A stretch of DNA of 64,000 nt. It comes from an uncultured bacterium (GTDB lineage Bacteria > Patescibacteriota > Minisyncoccia > UBA6257 > 2-01-FULL-56-20). The translations under genes and the position numbers were made by a program. Below the pieces are notes generated by a model. That model worked only from the letters and a program-made list of their open reading frames with translations, ran no database searches and was not told the DNA's origin. Positions 47,146 to 57,816 of this stretch are shown in pieces. The stretch's first letter is position 1; each line of letters begins with the position of its first letter. Location: contig OY970382.1 in the NCBI GenBank assembly GCA_963719425.1, positions 813,833 to 877,832 of the forward strand. Direction: 5' to 3'.

Positions 47146-47801
47146 TGAAAATTGATACGCGATATTCCAACCAGCGGGTTGGGATTTTTGTTGATGTGCA
47201 GAACCTCTATCATTCCGCGAAGAACCTCTATCGCGGCCGCGTGAACTACACGGAACTCAAGAAATACCTCGTGGGTGACAGGCAGTTGATCCGCGCGATG
47301 GCCTACGTGGTGAAAAGCGAGGGAGTGGAGCCGCAGCGTTTTGGACCGCGCACAGCCGCCGGCGGGCGCGGCGCGACTGCGGCCGCAGAGGAGGGCGAAG
47401 AGGGCGTGCGTCCGCCCCTCCGGATCGCCCGCGTATCACACATCACCGAAGAGAACGGTGAACTTTCTTCCGAAGGCGCGTTTTTTGAGGCGCTTACGAA
47501 GGCGGGATTTGAGCTTCGGATGAAGGATCTCCAGATTTACGCCGGTGGGATGAAGAAGGCGGACTGGGACGTGGGGATGGCGGTGGATGCGATCAGGATG
47601 GCCGCGTTCCTTGACGTGGTCATACTTGTGACGGGCGACGGCGATTTCCTGCCGCTCGTGGACTACCTCAAATGGGGCGCCGGGCGGCTCGTGGAGGTGG
47701 CGGCGTTCCGCCGGAGCGCATCTTCCAAAATACAGGAGGCCGCCGACCGCTTCATTAACATTGAAGAGATTCCGCGGGCCATCATGAAATCGCGCCTGTA
47801 G
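47145..47801 (+). CDS. NYN domain (LabA/DUF88) protein
   Basis: IFVDVQNL, KADWDVGMAVD, LVTGDGDFLPLV, AADRFINI. Confidence 0.9.
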   Translation: MKIDTRYSNQRVGIFVDVQNLYHSAKNLYRGRVNYTELKKYLVGDRQLIRAMAYVVKSEGVEPQRFGPRTAAGGRGATAAAEEGEEGVRPPLRIARVSHITEENGELSSEGAFFEALTKAGFELRMKDLQIYAGGMKKADWDVGMAVDAIRMAAFLDVVILVTGDGDFLPLVDYLKWGAGRLVEVAAFRRSASSKIQEAADRFINIEEIPRAIMKSRL

Positions 47802-47851
47802 GACGCCGCGCCGCAATTTTAGCACATCCATCATTAATTGCTGATTAAAAC

Positions 47852-49957
47852 ATGCTTGACAAGAAACAATTCTCCATTGACGTCGCAGGAAAGACGCTCA
47901 CGATAGAAATCTCATCGCTTGCCGAACAGGCGAATGCCGCCGTGCTCGCGAAATACGGCGAGACGGTAGTTTTGGCGACCGCGGTCGCAGCGCGCAAGGA
48001 CGCGGGGACGGATTATCTGCCGCTCAAAGTTGATTACGAGGAAAAATTTTATGCGGCAGGAAAGATCATCGGCAGCCGGTTCATCCGCCGCGAGGGGCGC
48101 GCCTCCGAAGAGGCGGTCTTGGCCGGGCGGCTCGTGGATCGCACTATCCGGCCGCTTTTTGATTCTCGCATCCGGCGCGAGATCCAGGTTGTCGTGACCG
48201 TGTTGCAGATAGATGATGAGAACGATCCGGAGTTCGTGGGGCTTTTGGGTGCATCCGTCGCGCTCCTCATATCTGACATCCCGTGGGGCGGTCCGGTCGC
48301 GGGCGTGCGCATGGCGCAGGTTGGCAATGAATTCAAGATCAATCCGGACAATTCGTATATCAGTGCGAATTCCCCGGCCTTTGACGCGTTTGCGTCCGGC
48401 TCCAAGGATCGCATCAACATGATTGAACTCGGCGGCCTGGATGCGCAGGAAAAAGATGTTGCTGGAGGGCTCGCGATGGCGCAAAAGGAAATCAACCGGC
48501 TCGTGGAATTCCAGGAGGGCATTCGGAAGGAGATTGGAAAGGAAAAGATGGAGATGCCGGTCGCGGAACCGAGCGAAGAATTGAAGACGGCGATTGGCGC
48601 CTATTTGGCGGACAAGCTTGAGGCGGCGGTCTTCCGTCCGAGGAAAGCCGAGCAGCAAAGTGCGATCGGCGAATTGAAAACGGCGCTCCTTTTGCATCTC
48701 AAAGAATCGTTTGAAGCGCAGGAGAAGGAGGTGGATTGGAAAGCGGCCGATTTTCTTTTTGAAGACGCGATCAACGACCTTGTGCACCGCGAAGCATTGA
48801 CGAAAGAACGGCGGCCGGACGGCAGGAAACTTGACGAACTGCGCCCGTTGGACGGCGAAGTGGCGCTTTTCTCCCGCACGCACGGCTCGGCACTCTTCGT
48901 GCGGGGGAACACGCAAGCGCTTGCCGTGACGACGCTCGCGGCGCCGGGCGCCGAACAGATGATAGAAACGATGGAGACGACAGGCAAGCGTCGCTTCATG
49001 CTGCACTACAATTTCCCGCCGTTCTCGGTCGGCGAGGTGGGCACGTTCCGCGGACCGGGTCGTCGCGAGATCGGCCACGGCAACCTTGCGCGGAAATCAC
49101 TGGAGCGGCTTATCCCGACCAAAGAAGAATTTCCCTACACGATCCGCGTCGTTTCGGAGATCATGTCTTCCAACGGGTCATCTTCCATGGCAACCGTTTG
49201 TGCAACGTCCCTGTCGCTTATGGATGCCGGCGTGCCGATCAAAAAACCGGCGGCGGGCATCGCGATGGGTTTGATGATGAAAGATGTGAACAATTATAAG
49301 ATTCTCACGGACATCCAGGGGCCGGAAGATCACCACGGTGACATGGATCTAAAGGTGGCAGGCACGGTGGACGGCATCACGGGCATGCAGATGGACATCA
49401 AAGTGGACGGGCTTACGGCAGAGATCGTTCTTAAAACGCTTCTCCAGGCAAAGAAGGCGCGGCTTCAAATTTTGGAAGTTATGAAGGGCGTGATCGCCGC
49501 GCCACGCGAAAAATTATCGCCGTACGTGCCAACCATCCGGCAGCTCAAGATTGCGACGGATAAGATTGGCGCAGTCATTGGCCCGGGCGGCAAAGTGATC
49601 AACGGCCTTATTGAGAAATACGGCCTTGCAGGGATTGATATTGACGACGATGGTGGCGTATTCGTTTCGGGTACCGACCTTCTGAAAGTGGAAGCGGCGG
49701 TCGCGGAGATCAAAGGCATTGCGCGGGAGTTCAAAGTGGGCGAGATCGTGGAGGGGACTGTAGTAAAAACGCTTGAATTCGGGGCAATCGTGGACCTCGG
49801 CGGCGGCAAAGACGGCATGATTCATGTTTCCGAATTGAAGAGCGGTTTCGTGAAGAAGGTGGAAGACGTGGTGAAGGTGGGCGATTTCGTGCGTGCGAAG
49901 ATAATCAGCGTTGACGACGACGGGCGCATCCGGATGTCCGTGAAGCAGCTGCAATAG
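47852..49957 (+). CDS. pnp: Polyribonucleotide nucleotidyltransferase
   Basis: RLVDRTIRPLF, RREIGHG, SNGSSSMA, GDMDLKVAG, KH and S1 domains. Confidence 0.97.
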   Translation: MLDKKQFSIDVAGKTLTIEISSLAEQANAAVLAKYGETVVLATAVAARKDAGTDYLPLKVDYEEKFYAAGKIIGSRFIRREGRASEEAVLAGRLVDRTIRPLFDSRIRREIQVVVTVLQIDDENDPEFVGLLGASVALLISDIPWGGPVAGVRMAQVGNEFKINPDNSYISANSPAFDAFASGSKDRINMIELGGLDAQEKDVAGGLAMAQKEINRLVEFQEGIRKEIGKEKMEMPVAEPSEELKTAIGAYLADKLEAAVFRPRKAEQQSAIGELKTALLLHLKESFEAQEKEVDWKAADFLFEDAINDLVHREALTKERRPDGRKLDELRPLDGEVALFSRTHGSALFVRGNTQALAVTTLAAPGAEQMIETMETTGKRRFMLHYNFPPFSVGEVGTFRGPGRREIGHGNLARKSLERLIPTKEEFPYTIRVVSEIMSSNGSSSMATVCATSLSLMDAGVPIKKPAAGIAMGLMMKDVNNYKILTDIQGPEDHHGDMDLKVAGTVDGITGMQMDIKVDGLTAEIVLKTLLQAKKARLQILEVMKGVIAAPREKLSPYVPTIRQLKIATDKIGAVIGPGGKVINGLIEKYGLAGIDIDDDGGVFVSGTDLLKVEAAVAEIKGIAREFKVGEIVEGTVVKTLEFGAIVDLGGGKDGMIHVSELKSGFVKKVEDVVKVGDFVRAKIISVDDDGRIRMSVKQLQ

Positions 49958-49999
49958 CACGCGCCGCCCCGCGGGCGGAGCGTTTTTAGTCGTGCTAAA

Positions 50000-51073
50000 A
50001 TGGAGCAGATGGAAGGACCTATCAACAATGTGCCGTTATCGCCGCCTTCGCCGTTCCCCGAAGTTCCCTCGGCGCCGCCTCCGCCGCCGGAGGTGAAAGT
50101 GCGCACGATGCGCTCCGATCTGGAATCAATGGCGAAAAGCGGCGGAGGTCCGCCGAGTTTCCGAACTGTGAAAGTGGCCGGGCTCGCGGTGAAAAACAAT
50201 CCTGTCGCGAGAGCTGCGCGTGCAAAAAAGGAAAAAGCCCTTATTATTGCGCTTGTCGCCGTCGCGGCCGCTGCGGCGGTCGCATGCATCGGCTATCTCG
50301 CCTACTGGGTATTTTTCTCCGGTTCCGTGGCGCCGCAGCCGCAGCCGCAACAATCGCCGCAGTCCGGTACCGGCGCGGGCGCCTCGGCGGCTCAATCCAA
50401 TACCGCGATTACTAATGCAACAAGCGTTGTGACGAGCATCCCACCGGCCGCACAGGGCGCGTCATCCGCCGCGGCGTCCTCCGCCCAAGGCCCGTCCTTC
50501 AAAGAACCCGCGGACCAGATTTTGACACTCGTGCTCAGGGCGGGCGGAACGGTCACGAGCGCAGCCGACCTGCAAACATTCAACCAGAAACTTTCTGCGC
50601 TTCTCACAACCGTGAACAAAAATTCAAACTTCATTGAAATTGACGCGAAGGGTGCGGACGGACACGATCTCGGCATCGGGGAGATTCTGTCGCAGGCGAA
50701 CGCACAGATCATTGACCCGGCGCTTCTTGCCGAAAATTTTGATCCCACCGCGGCCTTCTTTGTGTATCAAGATAAAAATGGCTTTTGGCCCGGCTATGTA
50801 CTTTCGCTCCAAGAGGGGAAGAACTGGCTGTTTTTGGAAAATAATGTGGCGAAATTGGAAGCGTCGCCGAATATCGCCAACCTATTTCTCTATGACATCG
50901 GCGCGCCGTCCACGAGCGGCTTCATGGACGGGCGAGTGGCCAGCACGTCCGTGCGCGTATTGCCATTCCCGAGTGCAAACCCGCCCGCGAGTTTTGTGTA
51001 TGGCTGGTATGAAACGCGCCTCGTCGTGAGCACGTCGCTTGCGGGCTTTGCGCGGGCGGTGTCCCACCTCTAG
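50000..51073 (+). CDS. Hypothetical single-TM protein with Pro-rich N-terminus
   Basis: VRTMRSDL motif, TM segment, low-complexity linker, globular C-terminus. Confidence 0.72.
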   Translation: MEQMEGPINNVPLSPPSPFPEVPSAPPPPPEVKVRTMRSDLESMAKSGGGPPSFRTVKVAGLAVKNNPVARAARAKKEKALIIALVAVAAAAAVACIGYLAYWVFFSGSVAPQPQPQQSPQSGTGAGASAAQSNTAITNATSVVTSIPPAAQGASSAAASSAQGPSFKEPADQILTLVLRAGGTVTSAADLQTFNQKLSALLTTVNKNSNFIEIDAKGADGHDLGIGEILSQANAQIIDPALLAENFDPTAAFFVYQDKNGFWPGYVLSLQEGKNWLFLENNVAKLEASPNIANLFLYDIGAPSTSGFMDGRVASTSVRVLPFPSANPPASFVYGWYETRLVVSTSLAGFARAVSHL

Positions 51074-51137
51074 AACCCCCTTCAAAAATTTGAGGTAGCG
51101 TAGGTAGTCCGCCGTGTGCGGTCTTGCCGCCTGGAAT

Positions 51138-52238
51138 CTACGGGCGTTTTGGGTCCGCCTTCTCCATGTCTTCCACGATTTTTTTCTTGATCTCGTCCAA
51201 GAGTTTTTTGTCTTCTTTTAGTTTCAAGCGGACGTTATCAAATCCTGTGCCGAGCTTTTCTCCTTCAAATGTGAAACCTGCTCCCGCTTTTTTGACGATA
51301 CCACGGTTCACGGCGGCGTTCAGGACGTCGCTCTCGTAGGAGATGCCTTCGCCGAACATGATATCAAACTCGGCGGTCCGAAAGGGAGCTGCCACTTTGT
51401 TTTTCGCCACTTTTGCTCTCACGCGGTTGCCCACTACCACGTCCCCCTTCTTCACTTGCGCAATACGGCGGAGATCAATGCGCACCGAGGCCGCAAATTT
51501 GAGCGCCAATCCCCCCGGCGTCGTTTCCGGATTGCCGAACATGACGCCGATCTTCATGCGGATCTGGTTGATAAAGATGATGAGCGTCTGGCTCTGGCTT
51601 GCGATGGCGGTGAGCTTCCGCAGGGCCTGCGCCATCATGCGCGCCTGGCGTCCCACATGCTGTTCCCCCATTTCTCCTTCTATCTCCGCGCGGGGGGTGA
51701 GTGCCGCCACGGAGTCCACGACGACGACCGAGATCATCTTGGAACGCACCAGACTTTCCAGGATATTGAGTGCTTCCTCGCCATTATCTGGCTGGGAGAC
51801 CAAGAGCTCATTTACGCGGACGCCGAGCCGCGCCGCGTATTCCGGGTCCATCGCATGTTCTGCGTCAATAAAGGCGCACCGCCCGCCCTGTCTTTGCGCC
51901 TGCGCGACGACGTTAAGGGCCAGCGTGGTTTTACCACTCGCCTCCTGGCCGTAGATTTCCACGACTCTCCCACGTGGCAGGCCGCCGACGCCGAGCGCGA
52001 GATCAAGCGAGAACGAGCCCGTGGGAATCACCGCCACGTCTGCGCGGCTCACGTCGCCAAGCTTCATGATGGCGCCTTCGCCGAATTTTTCCTGGAGGGA
52101 AGAAAGAAGATTATCCAGATCCTTCATGCCTTCGTCCTTCGCCACTTTCTTCGTTTCTTTTTCTTCTTTCGCGTTCGCAGGTTCTCTCACGGACTCACCG
52201 TCCTTTTTCGCAGGTTCCGCTTTTTTCACTTGTGTCAT
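51138..52238 (-). CDS. recA: Recombinase RecA
   Basis: [43 protein letters not shown]. Confidence 0.98.
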   Translation of the reverse strand: MTQVKKAEPAKKDGESVREPANAKEEKETKKVAKDEGMKDLDNLLSSLQEKFGEGAIMKLGDVSRADVAVIPTGSFSLDLALGVGGLPRGRVVEIYGQEASGKTTLALNVVAQAQRQGGRCAFIDAEHAMDPEYAARLGVRVNELLVSQPDNGEEALNILESLVRSKMISVVVVDSVAALTPRAEIEGEMGEQHVGRQARMMAQALRKLTAIASQSQTLIIFINQIRMKIGVMFGNPETTPGGLALKFAASVRIDLRRIAQVKKGDVVVGNRVRAKVAKNKVAAPFRTAEFDIMFGEGISYESDVLNAAVNRGIVKKAGAGFTFEGEKLGTGFDNVRLKLKEDKKLLDEIKKKIVEDMEKADPKRP

Positions 52239-52284
52239 GCTCTTATTATATCAGAGCCGGCATTAAATTCCTATTAAAGATTTT

Positions 52285-53022
52285 TCAATCGAAGTAAGTG
52301 CCCGTGGCGGGGATTTGCGGCGCGAAGTGGATCACGGGCTGTGTTCCGGAGGCTGAGAGCGGCAGCGTGTAAATGATTTCTTGCGTCACGCGGGTTTCGC
52401 CGCCAAGAAATTTTTCCGCGCTGATTTCAAACGTATTGAGCCCCTTCCCCAAAAGCACCCCTTTCTCCCAGGAACCGTCGGGAGCTACGATGATTTCCTC
52501 GCTGCTTGAGGATTCGTTGCTTACAAGGTAAAGCGCGTCGGCATTACGCACCGTGCCTTGGATTGTGAGGGTCGCGGAGGAAGTCACATAGGGATTTTCC
52601 GCGGGATACGTCACCGTGAGGATGGGTTTGCCGAAAATATAGGGAAACGCAAAGAGAAAATATCCCACGAGGATAACGATGAGAACGGCCGCGATCCACG
52701 CGGATTTCGGCACGCGGTTTCGGACGAATCGGTTTCTCGGAAGCTCATCCGACATGTGTGCGTCTTTCGTAGTATCTTCTTGTTCCAGTCTTCCCCACCA
52801 TTCCTCACCGTCAAAATCAAGCGTCCTGCCGATGCGGATGAGATAGCCGCGGAGATACGGCTTGGAGGGCATGTCGCTAAAATTGCCGTGGAAGAGATTT
52901 GTGAGATGTACGGGTGCGATGCCGGTAACCTCCGAAAGCTTTGCGAGCGAGATTCCCTTGCTGCGGAGCCGTTCGGCGAAGAATTCCGGAAAGCTCATGT
53001 CATTTTCGTGATCGTTATTCAT
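52285..53022 (-). CDS. RodZ-like HTH-TM protein with Ig-like C-terminal domain
   Basis: XRE-like HTH ending MPSKPYLRGYL, TM segment, beta-rich tail (GLNTFEISA); downstream of ftsK. Confidence 0.78.
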   Translation of the reverse strand: MNNDHENDMSFPEFFAERLRSKGISLAKLSEVTGIAPVHLTNLFHGNFSDMPSKPYLRGYLIRIGRTLDFDGEEWWGRLEQEDTTKDAHMSDELPRNRFVRNRVPKSAWIAAVLIVILVGYFLFAFPYIFGKPILTVTYPAENPYVTSSATLTIQGTVRNADALYLVSNESSSSEEIIVAPDGSWEKGVLLGKGLNTFEISAEKFLGGETRVTQEIIYTLPLSASGTQPVIHFAPQIPATGTYFD

Positions 53023-53039
53023 TGGTGTGTGTGGCTATA

Positions 53040-55157
53040 TTACGAAAGCCGTTCTTCTATTTTTTCCAGATTGACGTCGCGGGGCTTCGCGCCGTCACCC
53101 GGGCCGATAAGTTCCGCGGCTTCCATGAGGTCCAGAAGCCGCGCGGCACGGGCATAGCCAACTTTCAGGCGGCGCTGCAGAAGCGACGCCGAGGCCTTCT
53201 TGGCTTCCGCCACGGTTGCGATGGCCTCGTCAAAAAGCTCGTCGGTGTCCTCGTCCTCAAGATATTCGTCAAAGTTTTGCGGTGCAGCAATGTGAGCGGC
53301 CGTGCCGTTCATACCACCGTTTTCAAAGTTCACCTCCCTGCCTTCCTCCGCCGTCGCGGCGTTGTGATCGCGGACGAAACTCGCCACATTTTTGATCTCG
53401 TCTTCCGTGATATAGGCACCCTGGATGCGCTTCGGCTTGGAGAGTTCGGCGGACACGAAAAGCAAATCGCCGTTGCCAAGGAGTTTCTCCGCGCCTGCGG
53501 TATCCAAAATAGTGCGCGAATCAATCTGCGATGCCACTTGGAGTGCCACGCGTGCGGTGATGTTCGCCTTGATGAGTCCTGTGATGATCTCCACCGACGG
53601 TCGCTGCGTGGCGAGCAGAAGGTGAATACCCGTCGCCCGCGCCATCTGCGCGAGGCGTACAACAGACCCTTCCACTTCACGGCCATAGGAGGTCATAAGG
53701 TCTGCCATCTCATCTATCACGATCAAAATAAAGGGAAGCGCCTCGGACGGGTGGCTCGCGTTATAGCCCTTCGTATCGCGGCTGCCGGCTTTTTGGAGAA
53801 GCTCATACCGCCGTTCCATTTCGGCGATCGCCCAGCGGAACACGGTAACCGCCTTTTTGTTCTCCATGATCACGGGGCTCACGAGATGGGGGATGCCTTC
53901 ATAGACGGAAAGCTCCACGCGCTTCGGGTCAATAAGGACGAGCTTCAGGGTCTGTGGCGAGTTCTTATACAAAAGCGAAACAAGGAGCGAGTGCATAAGG
54001 ATTGACTTTCCCGAGCCGGTCGCGCCCGCGACGAGCATGTGCGGCATTTTCTCAATGTCCGTGAAGACCGGTTCGCCCGAGACGTCGCGACCGAGAACGA
54101 AACCGAGCGGCCCCGATTGCTGGAATTCGGGATAATGCATCAAGCTGCCGAGCCGCACAAGCGCGGCCGCCCTGTTCGGCACCTCAATGCCCACGAGCGA
54201 TTTCCCCGGGATCGGCGCTTCAATGCGGATCGGATGCGCGGCGAGCGCGAGCGCGAGATCGGAGGAGAGCGCCGTGATACGTGAGAGCTTCATCCCTTCG
54301 GCCGGCTTCAAGGTGTAACGCGTAACCGCCGGACCCACATTGATCTCTCCCATTTCCACGCTGATGCCGAAGCTCTCCAGTGTTCGCTTGATGATGTTTG
54401 CGTTTGCAAGGAGATCACCCGTTGTGGGTTTCCCCGTCTCGGATTTCAGAAGCGAAAGCGGCGGGGGGACGTAATTCGCAAAGACCGGTGCCTTGGCTCT
54501 CCTCACGGACTTCGGCGTGCGCCCCGCCTCTACGAGCGTCGGTTTCATTTCTTCCTCGTCTTCCTCGCGCTCCTCTATCTTCCCCTTTTTGCTCTCGGTC
54601 CCTGTCACAACGAGCGGCTTTTCGGTGCCGCCTTCTTCCCCGCTGGGCGCCTTCCACGGCCACTTGATTCTGATAGGTACGTTCGCTGTGACAAGAACCG
54701 AAATGATGAGGATGAACCCGTCAATGATGACTGCCGCGGTTTTTCCGAACGGGTAGCGGAGCGACCCAAGCACAAGGCCGAGCCAGCCGCCCTTCGCGGG
54801 GGAGAATATTTCAATGAGGCCGAGGAACGAAAGGATAAGGAGACTAGCTCCTACGAGCGTTGTGCCTACTATTTTCTTGCGGCCGGAGGCCAAAAGTACG
54901 ATTGCGGCGAAGACAAGCGTCACGGGGAGGACGAAATATCCCCAGCCGAAGAGTGCGGTGAAGCCCTGATACATCGCGCCGCCCGCAGGCCCCGCCGCGC
55001 CGAACCCCGCAAGCGTGAGGATCACCGCAGCGCAAAAAAGCCCCACCCCCCAGATGCTTTTCTTCGTATCGGGGTGCAGGCGGCTGTCAGAGACACCCAT
55101 TTCCCTCCCGCCCCCATTCTTTTTATTGAGGCCCGCCTCTCCGTTCCTTTTCGCCAT
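53040..55157 (-). CDS. ftsK: DNA translocase FtsK/SpoIIIE
   Basis: 4TM N-terminus, PHMLVAGATGSGKS, IDEMADLM, LATQRPS, gamma domain SLLQRRLKVGYARAARL. Confidence 0.96.
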   Translation of the reverse strand: MAKRNGEAGLNKKNGGGREMGVSDSRLHPDTKKSIWGVGLFCAAVILTLAGFGAAGPAGGAMYQGFTALFGWGYFVLPVTLVFAAIVLLASGRKKIVGTTLVGASLLILSFLGLIEIFSPAKGGWLGLVLGSLRYPFGKTAAVIIDGFILIISVLVTANVPIRIKWPWKAPSGEEGGTEKPLVVTGTESKKGKIEEREEDEEEMKPTLVEAGRTPKSVRRAKAPVFANYVPPPLSLLKSETGKPTTGDLLANANIIKRTLESFGISVEMGEINVGPAVTRYTLKPAEGMKLSRITALSSDLALALAAHPIRIEAPIPGKSLVGIEVPNRAAALVRLGSLMHYPEFQQSGPLGFVLGRDVSGEPVFTDIEKMPHMLVAGATGSGKSILMHSLLVSLLYKNSPQTLKLVLIDPKRVELSVYEGIPHLVSPVIMENKKAVTVFRWAIAEMERRYELLQKAGSRDTKGYNASHPSEALPFILIVIDEMADLMTSYGREVEGSVVRLAQMARATGIHLLLATQRPSVEIITGLIKANITARVALQVASQIDSRTILDTAGAEKLLGNGDLLFVSAELSKPKRIQGAYITEDEIKNVASFVRDHNAATAEEGREVNFENGGMNGTAAHIAAPQNFDEYLEDEDTDELFDEAIATVAEAKKASASLLQRRLKVGYARAARLLDLMEAAELIGPGDGAKPRDVNLEKIEERLS

Positions 55158-55217
55158 TTTCAATTGTATTCTACTTCAATTGTGCGCGAACGCCAAAACA
55201 CGCCGCAGGTTCAGCTT

Positions 55218-56669
55218 TCAATCCAGGGAGGAAAGATTTACCGCGAGGTCATCTTCCCAAATCATTTCAGGATAACTTTTCAGTAGCGTTTTGATGTAGT
55301 GTTTTCTTTCGTCGTATGTCTTTTGATCCTGCGCCTCAAATTTCACGGTGAGGTAAGGACCATTCTGGGAAAAGCGGAAAATCATCATACCATCGGGAAA
55401 ATCTGCACGGACGCCATCGTCACCGGGGATGACGCGCGCATCGGTAATTTTCGCCCGAGGGAAATCATTTTCAAACTTCACGGAGAGGTCCTGAACCACT
55501 TTTATTTTTTTATCGTCGGGACAACCTATTTTGATTTCCGGGGAGGAAATGTATTTTGGGAATTCTTCGTACAGTTGACTCAAAGAAATGTCCTTTTCGG
55601 AAAGGTATTCAAGGATTCTGAGGATTGCATAGGTGCCATCATCGTAGCCGTAGGCGTTATCGTTGAAGAAGAAATGGCCGGAGAGTTCTCCCCCAAAAAC
55701 CGCCCCCGTCTCGGCGATTTTTGATTTAATGAAGGCATGGCCGGTCCGCCACATAATTGGGATACCACCGCATTGCTCAATGACCCTGGAAGTCAGTTGG
55801 GAACACAGCGTGTTGTACACGATTTTTGATCCCGGAAAACGCTCCAAGATCTCTTTCGCAAAAATAGCCAATAGCACGTCGTTCCACAACACGCGACCCT
55901 TTTCATCTACCACTCCCGTGCGATCCCCGTCGCCATCAAATGTCACGCCGAAGTCGGCTTTTTCTGCAAGAACCCTTTTCTGAATGCGCGCCATGACCGA
56001 TGTGGCAGTTGGATCTGGCGTTCCGATGGGGAAATGGCCGTCTACTTCCAGATTTTGGCCGATTACTTCACAGCCCGCCCTCTCAAATATCTTTGGGTTG
56101 TAAAGCCCCGTGGTGCCCATACTGGTATCAACCACTACCCTAAACTTCTTTTCTATTCTCACGCGTTTCAGGACATCGTGTTCGTAATCCTCAATGAACT
56201 GTTCACGGGCCTTACCCTCGAGCACCGTGATCGTGCCCGGTTCATCGGCGACAAAAAATGTCTCATCCGCAGCAACCTTCTGTATCTCCTGGATCTCCGG
56301 CTTTTCCGTGGTTTTGGAGTACCCAAAAGCAATTTTGAATCCGTTGTAATTCCATGGATTGTGCGACGCAGTAATCATGACGCCGCCGTTCGTTTGAAAA
56401 CGATACTGTGCGAAATACATCATCTGCGTCATGACCATGCCGAGGTCAATGATGTCCACCCCCATCGCGGACAATCCTTTGATAAAGGCTCGATGATATT
56501 CTTCGCTACTCAAGCGGCAATCGTATCCTATGACTGCTTGCCTGATTTTTCTTTTCCGCAGGAAGGTGCCGTATGATTTCGCAATTGCTTCCACCTTTTT
56601 GGCATCAAGGTCCGTACCGGCGATTCCTCTGATGTCATAGTCCCTGAAAATGTACGGATTTATTTTCAT
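55218..56669 (-). CDS. Phosphomannomutase/phosphoglucomutase
   Basis: FRDYDIRG, ITASHNP, FDGDGDR, GELSGH. Confidence 0.93.
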   Translation of the reverse strand: MKINPYIFRDYDIRGIAGTDLDAKKVEAIAKSYGTFLRKRKIRQAVIGYDCRLSSEEYHRAFIKGLSAMGVDIIDLGMVMTQMMYFAQYRFQTNGGVMITASHNPWNYNGFKIAFGYSKTTEKPEIQEIQKVAADETFFVADEPGTITVLEGKAREQFIEDYEHDVLKRVRIEKKFRVVVDTSMGTTGLYNPKIFERAGCEVIGQNLEVDGHFPIGTPDPTATSVMARIQKRVLAEKADFGVTFDGDGDRTGVVDEKGRVLWNDVLLAIFAKEILERFPGSKIVYNTLCSQLTSRVIEQCGGIPIMWRTGHAFIKSKIAETGAVFGGELSGHFFFNDNAYGYDDGTYAILRILEYLSEKDISLSQLYEEFPKYISSPEIKIGCPDDKKIKVVQDLSVKFENDFPRAKITDARVIPGDDGVRADFPDGMMIFRFSQNGPYLTVKFEAQDQKTYDERKHYIKTLLKSYPEMIWEDDLAVNLSSLD

Positions 56670-56702
56670 ATACAAGGAAGTATATCAGATTTCATTGTTT
56701 CG

Positions 56703-56731
56703 TTGACAGGCGCGGTGCGTGGCGGTATGCT
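56703..56731 (+). promoter_or_regulatory. Sigma70-type promoter, near-leaderless
   Basis: TTGACA-17 bp-TATGCT, ATG 8 nt downstream. Confidence 0.7.
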
Positions 56732-56739
56732 ACGGCTAC

Positions 56740-57219
56740 ATGCCGGACTTCTTAAACAGCTCGCTCGGAATCCGAATGACCATTGACGAAGTGGTTCGTG
56801 CGATCGTTGATTTTATGACGATAGAGCCCGCGCGCCGCTACAAAGTGACCATCGGCACCGACTCCGAGCTTCTGCGCGGCAAGAAGGCGGATTTTGTGAC
56901 CGCGGTGGTGGTGCATCGCGTAGGGAAAGGCGGCCGCTATTTCTGGCGGCGCTTTGAACTCGGAAAGTTTCATAACCTGCGCGACAGGATCATTAAAGAA
57001 GTGTTAATCTCGCTTGAGGTCGCGGAGAAGGTGCTTTCGGAACTCAAAAAACTCCCGCTCCCCGAATTTGATTTTGAGATCCATGTCGACATCGGCCAGA
57101 ACGGCCCCACGAAAGCAATGATTCAAGAAGTGGTGGCGATGATCAGGGCGAATAATTTCCAGGTGAAGACGAAGCCGGAGAGCTATGCAGCGTCCAACGT
57201 CGCCGACCGGCACATATAA
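56740..57219 (+). CDS. YkuK-family RNase H-like protein
   Basis: IGTDS, TAVVVHRVGKGGRYF, EIHVDIG..G.T, KPESYAASNVADRH. Confidence 0.88.
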   Translation: MPDFLNSSLGIRMTIDEVVRAIVDFMTIEPARRYKVTIGTDSELLRGKKADFVTAVVVHRVGKGGRYFWRRFELGKFHNLRDRIIKEVLISLEVAEKVLSELKKLPLPEFDFEIHVDIGQNGPTKAMIQEVVAMIRANNFQVKTKPESYAASNVADRHI

Positions 57220-57797
57220 TGGACACTCTGGTTTTTGACATTGAAACGCAGAATTTCTTCACCGACCCGGATGTGGGACGGGACAATTTCGCTGCGCTCA
57301 AAATATCGGTTGTCGGCGTCTATTCCTATTTGTACGACAAGTATTTTGTTTTTGAGGAGCACGAGATGGACAAGCTCGCCGAGCTCTTTGCGGGGGCGCG
57401 GTGGATCGTCGGATTCAGCATAAATCGCTATGATGTGCCGGTGCTTAATAATTACTTCCAGGGGTTGGGCGCCGCGGCGCCGAATCTTTGGGAGAAAGAG
57501 CGCGTGGATCTGCTTGAGGAGGTTGAAATGGCGGCGAAGCAGCGAGTGAGCTTGAGCCGGCTCGCCGAAACGAACCTCGGCGTGAAAAAAGACCATCACG
57601 GCTCGGAGGCAATCGGTCTCTATCAGGAAGGCAAGATGGACGAGCTCAAAGCATATTGCCTGAAGGACGTGGAGCTCACGAAGGCGCTCTACGATCTGTA
57701 TCGGAAGCAGAATTATTTTTTGATGCCCGACAAACAAACGGGCGAGATTGTGAAAGTGGCGTTCGCGAAACCGCTTGCGGCCGCGGGGCTTTTTTAG
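57219..57797 (+). CDS. RNase H-like DEDD exonuclease-domain protein (RNase_H_2/YprB-like)
   Basis: VFDIETQ, IVGF...YDVP, YCLKDVELT; TAATG overlap with the upstream gene. Confidence 0.82.
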   Translation: MDTLVFDIETQNFFTDPDVGRDNFAALKISVVGVYSYLYDKYFVFEEHEMDKLAELFAGARWIVGFSINRYDVPVLNNYFQGLGAAAPNLWEKERVDLLEEVEMAAKQRVSLSRLAETNLGVKKDHHGSEAIGLYQEGKMDELKAYCLKDVELTKALYDLYRKQNYFLMPDKQTGEIVKVAFAKPLAAAGLF

Positions 57798-57816
57798 TCG
57801 CACCACGCGGCGGACC

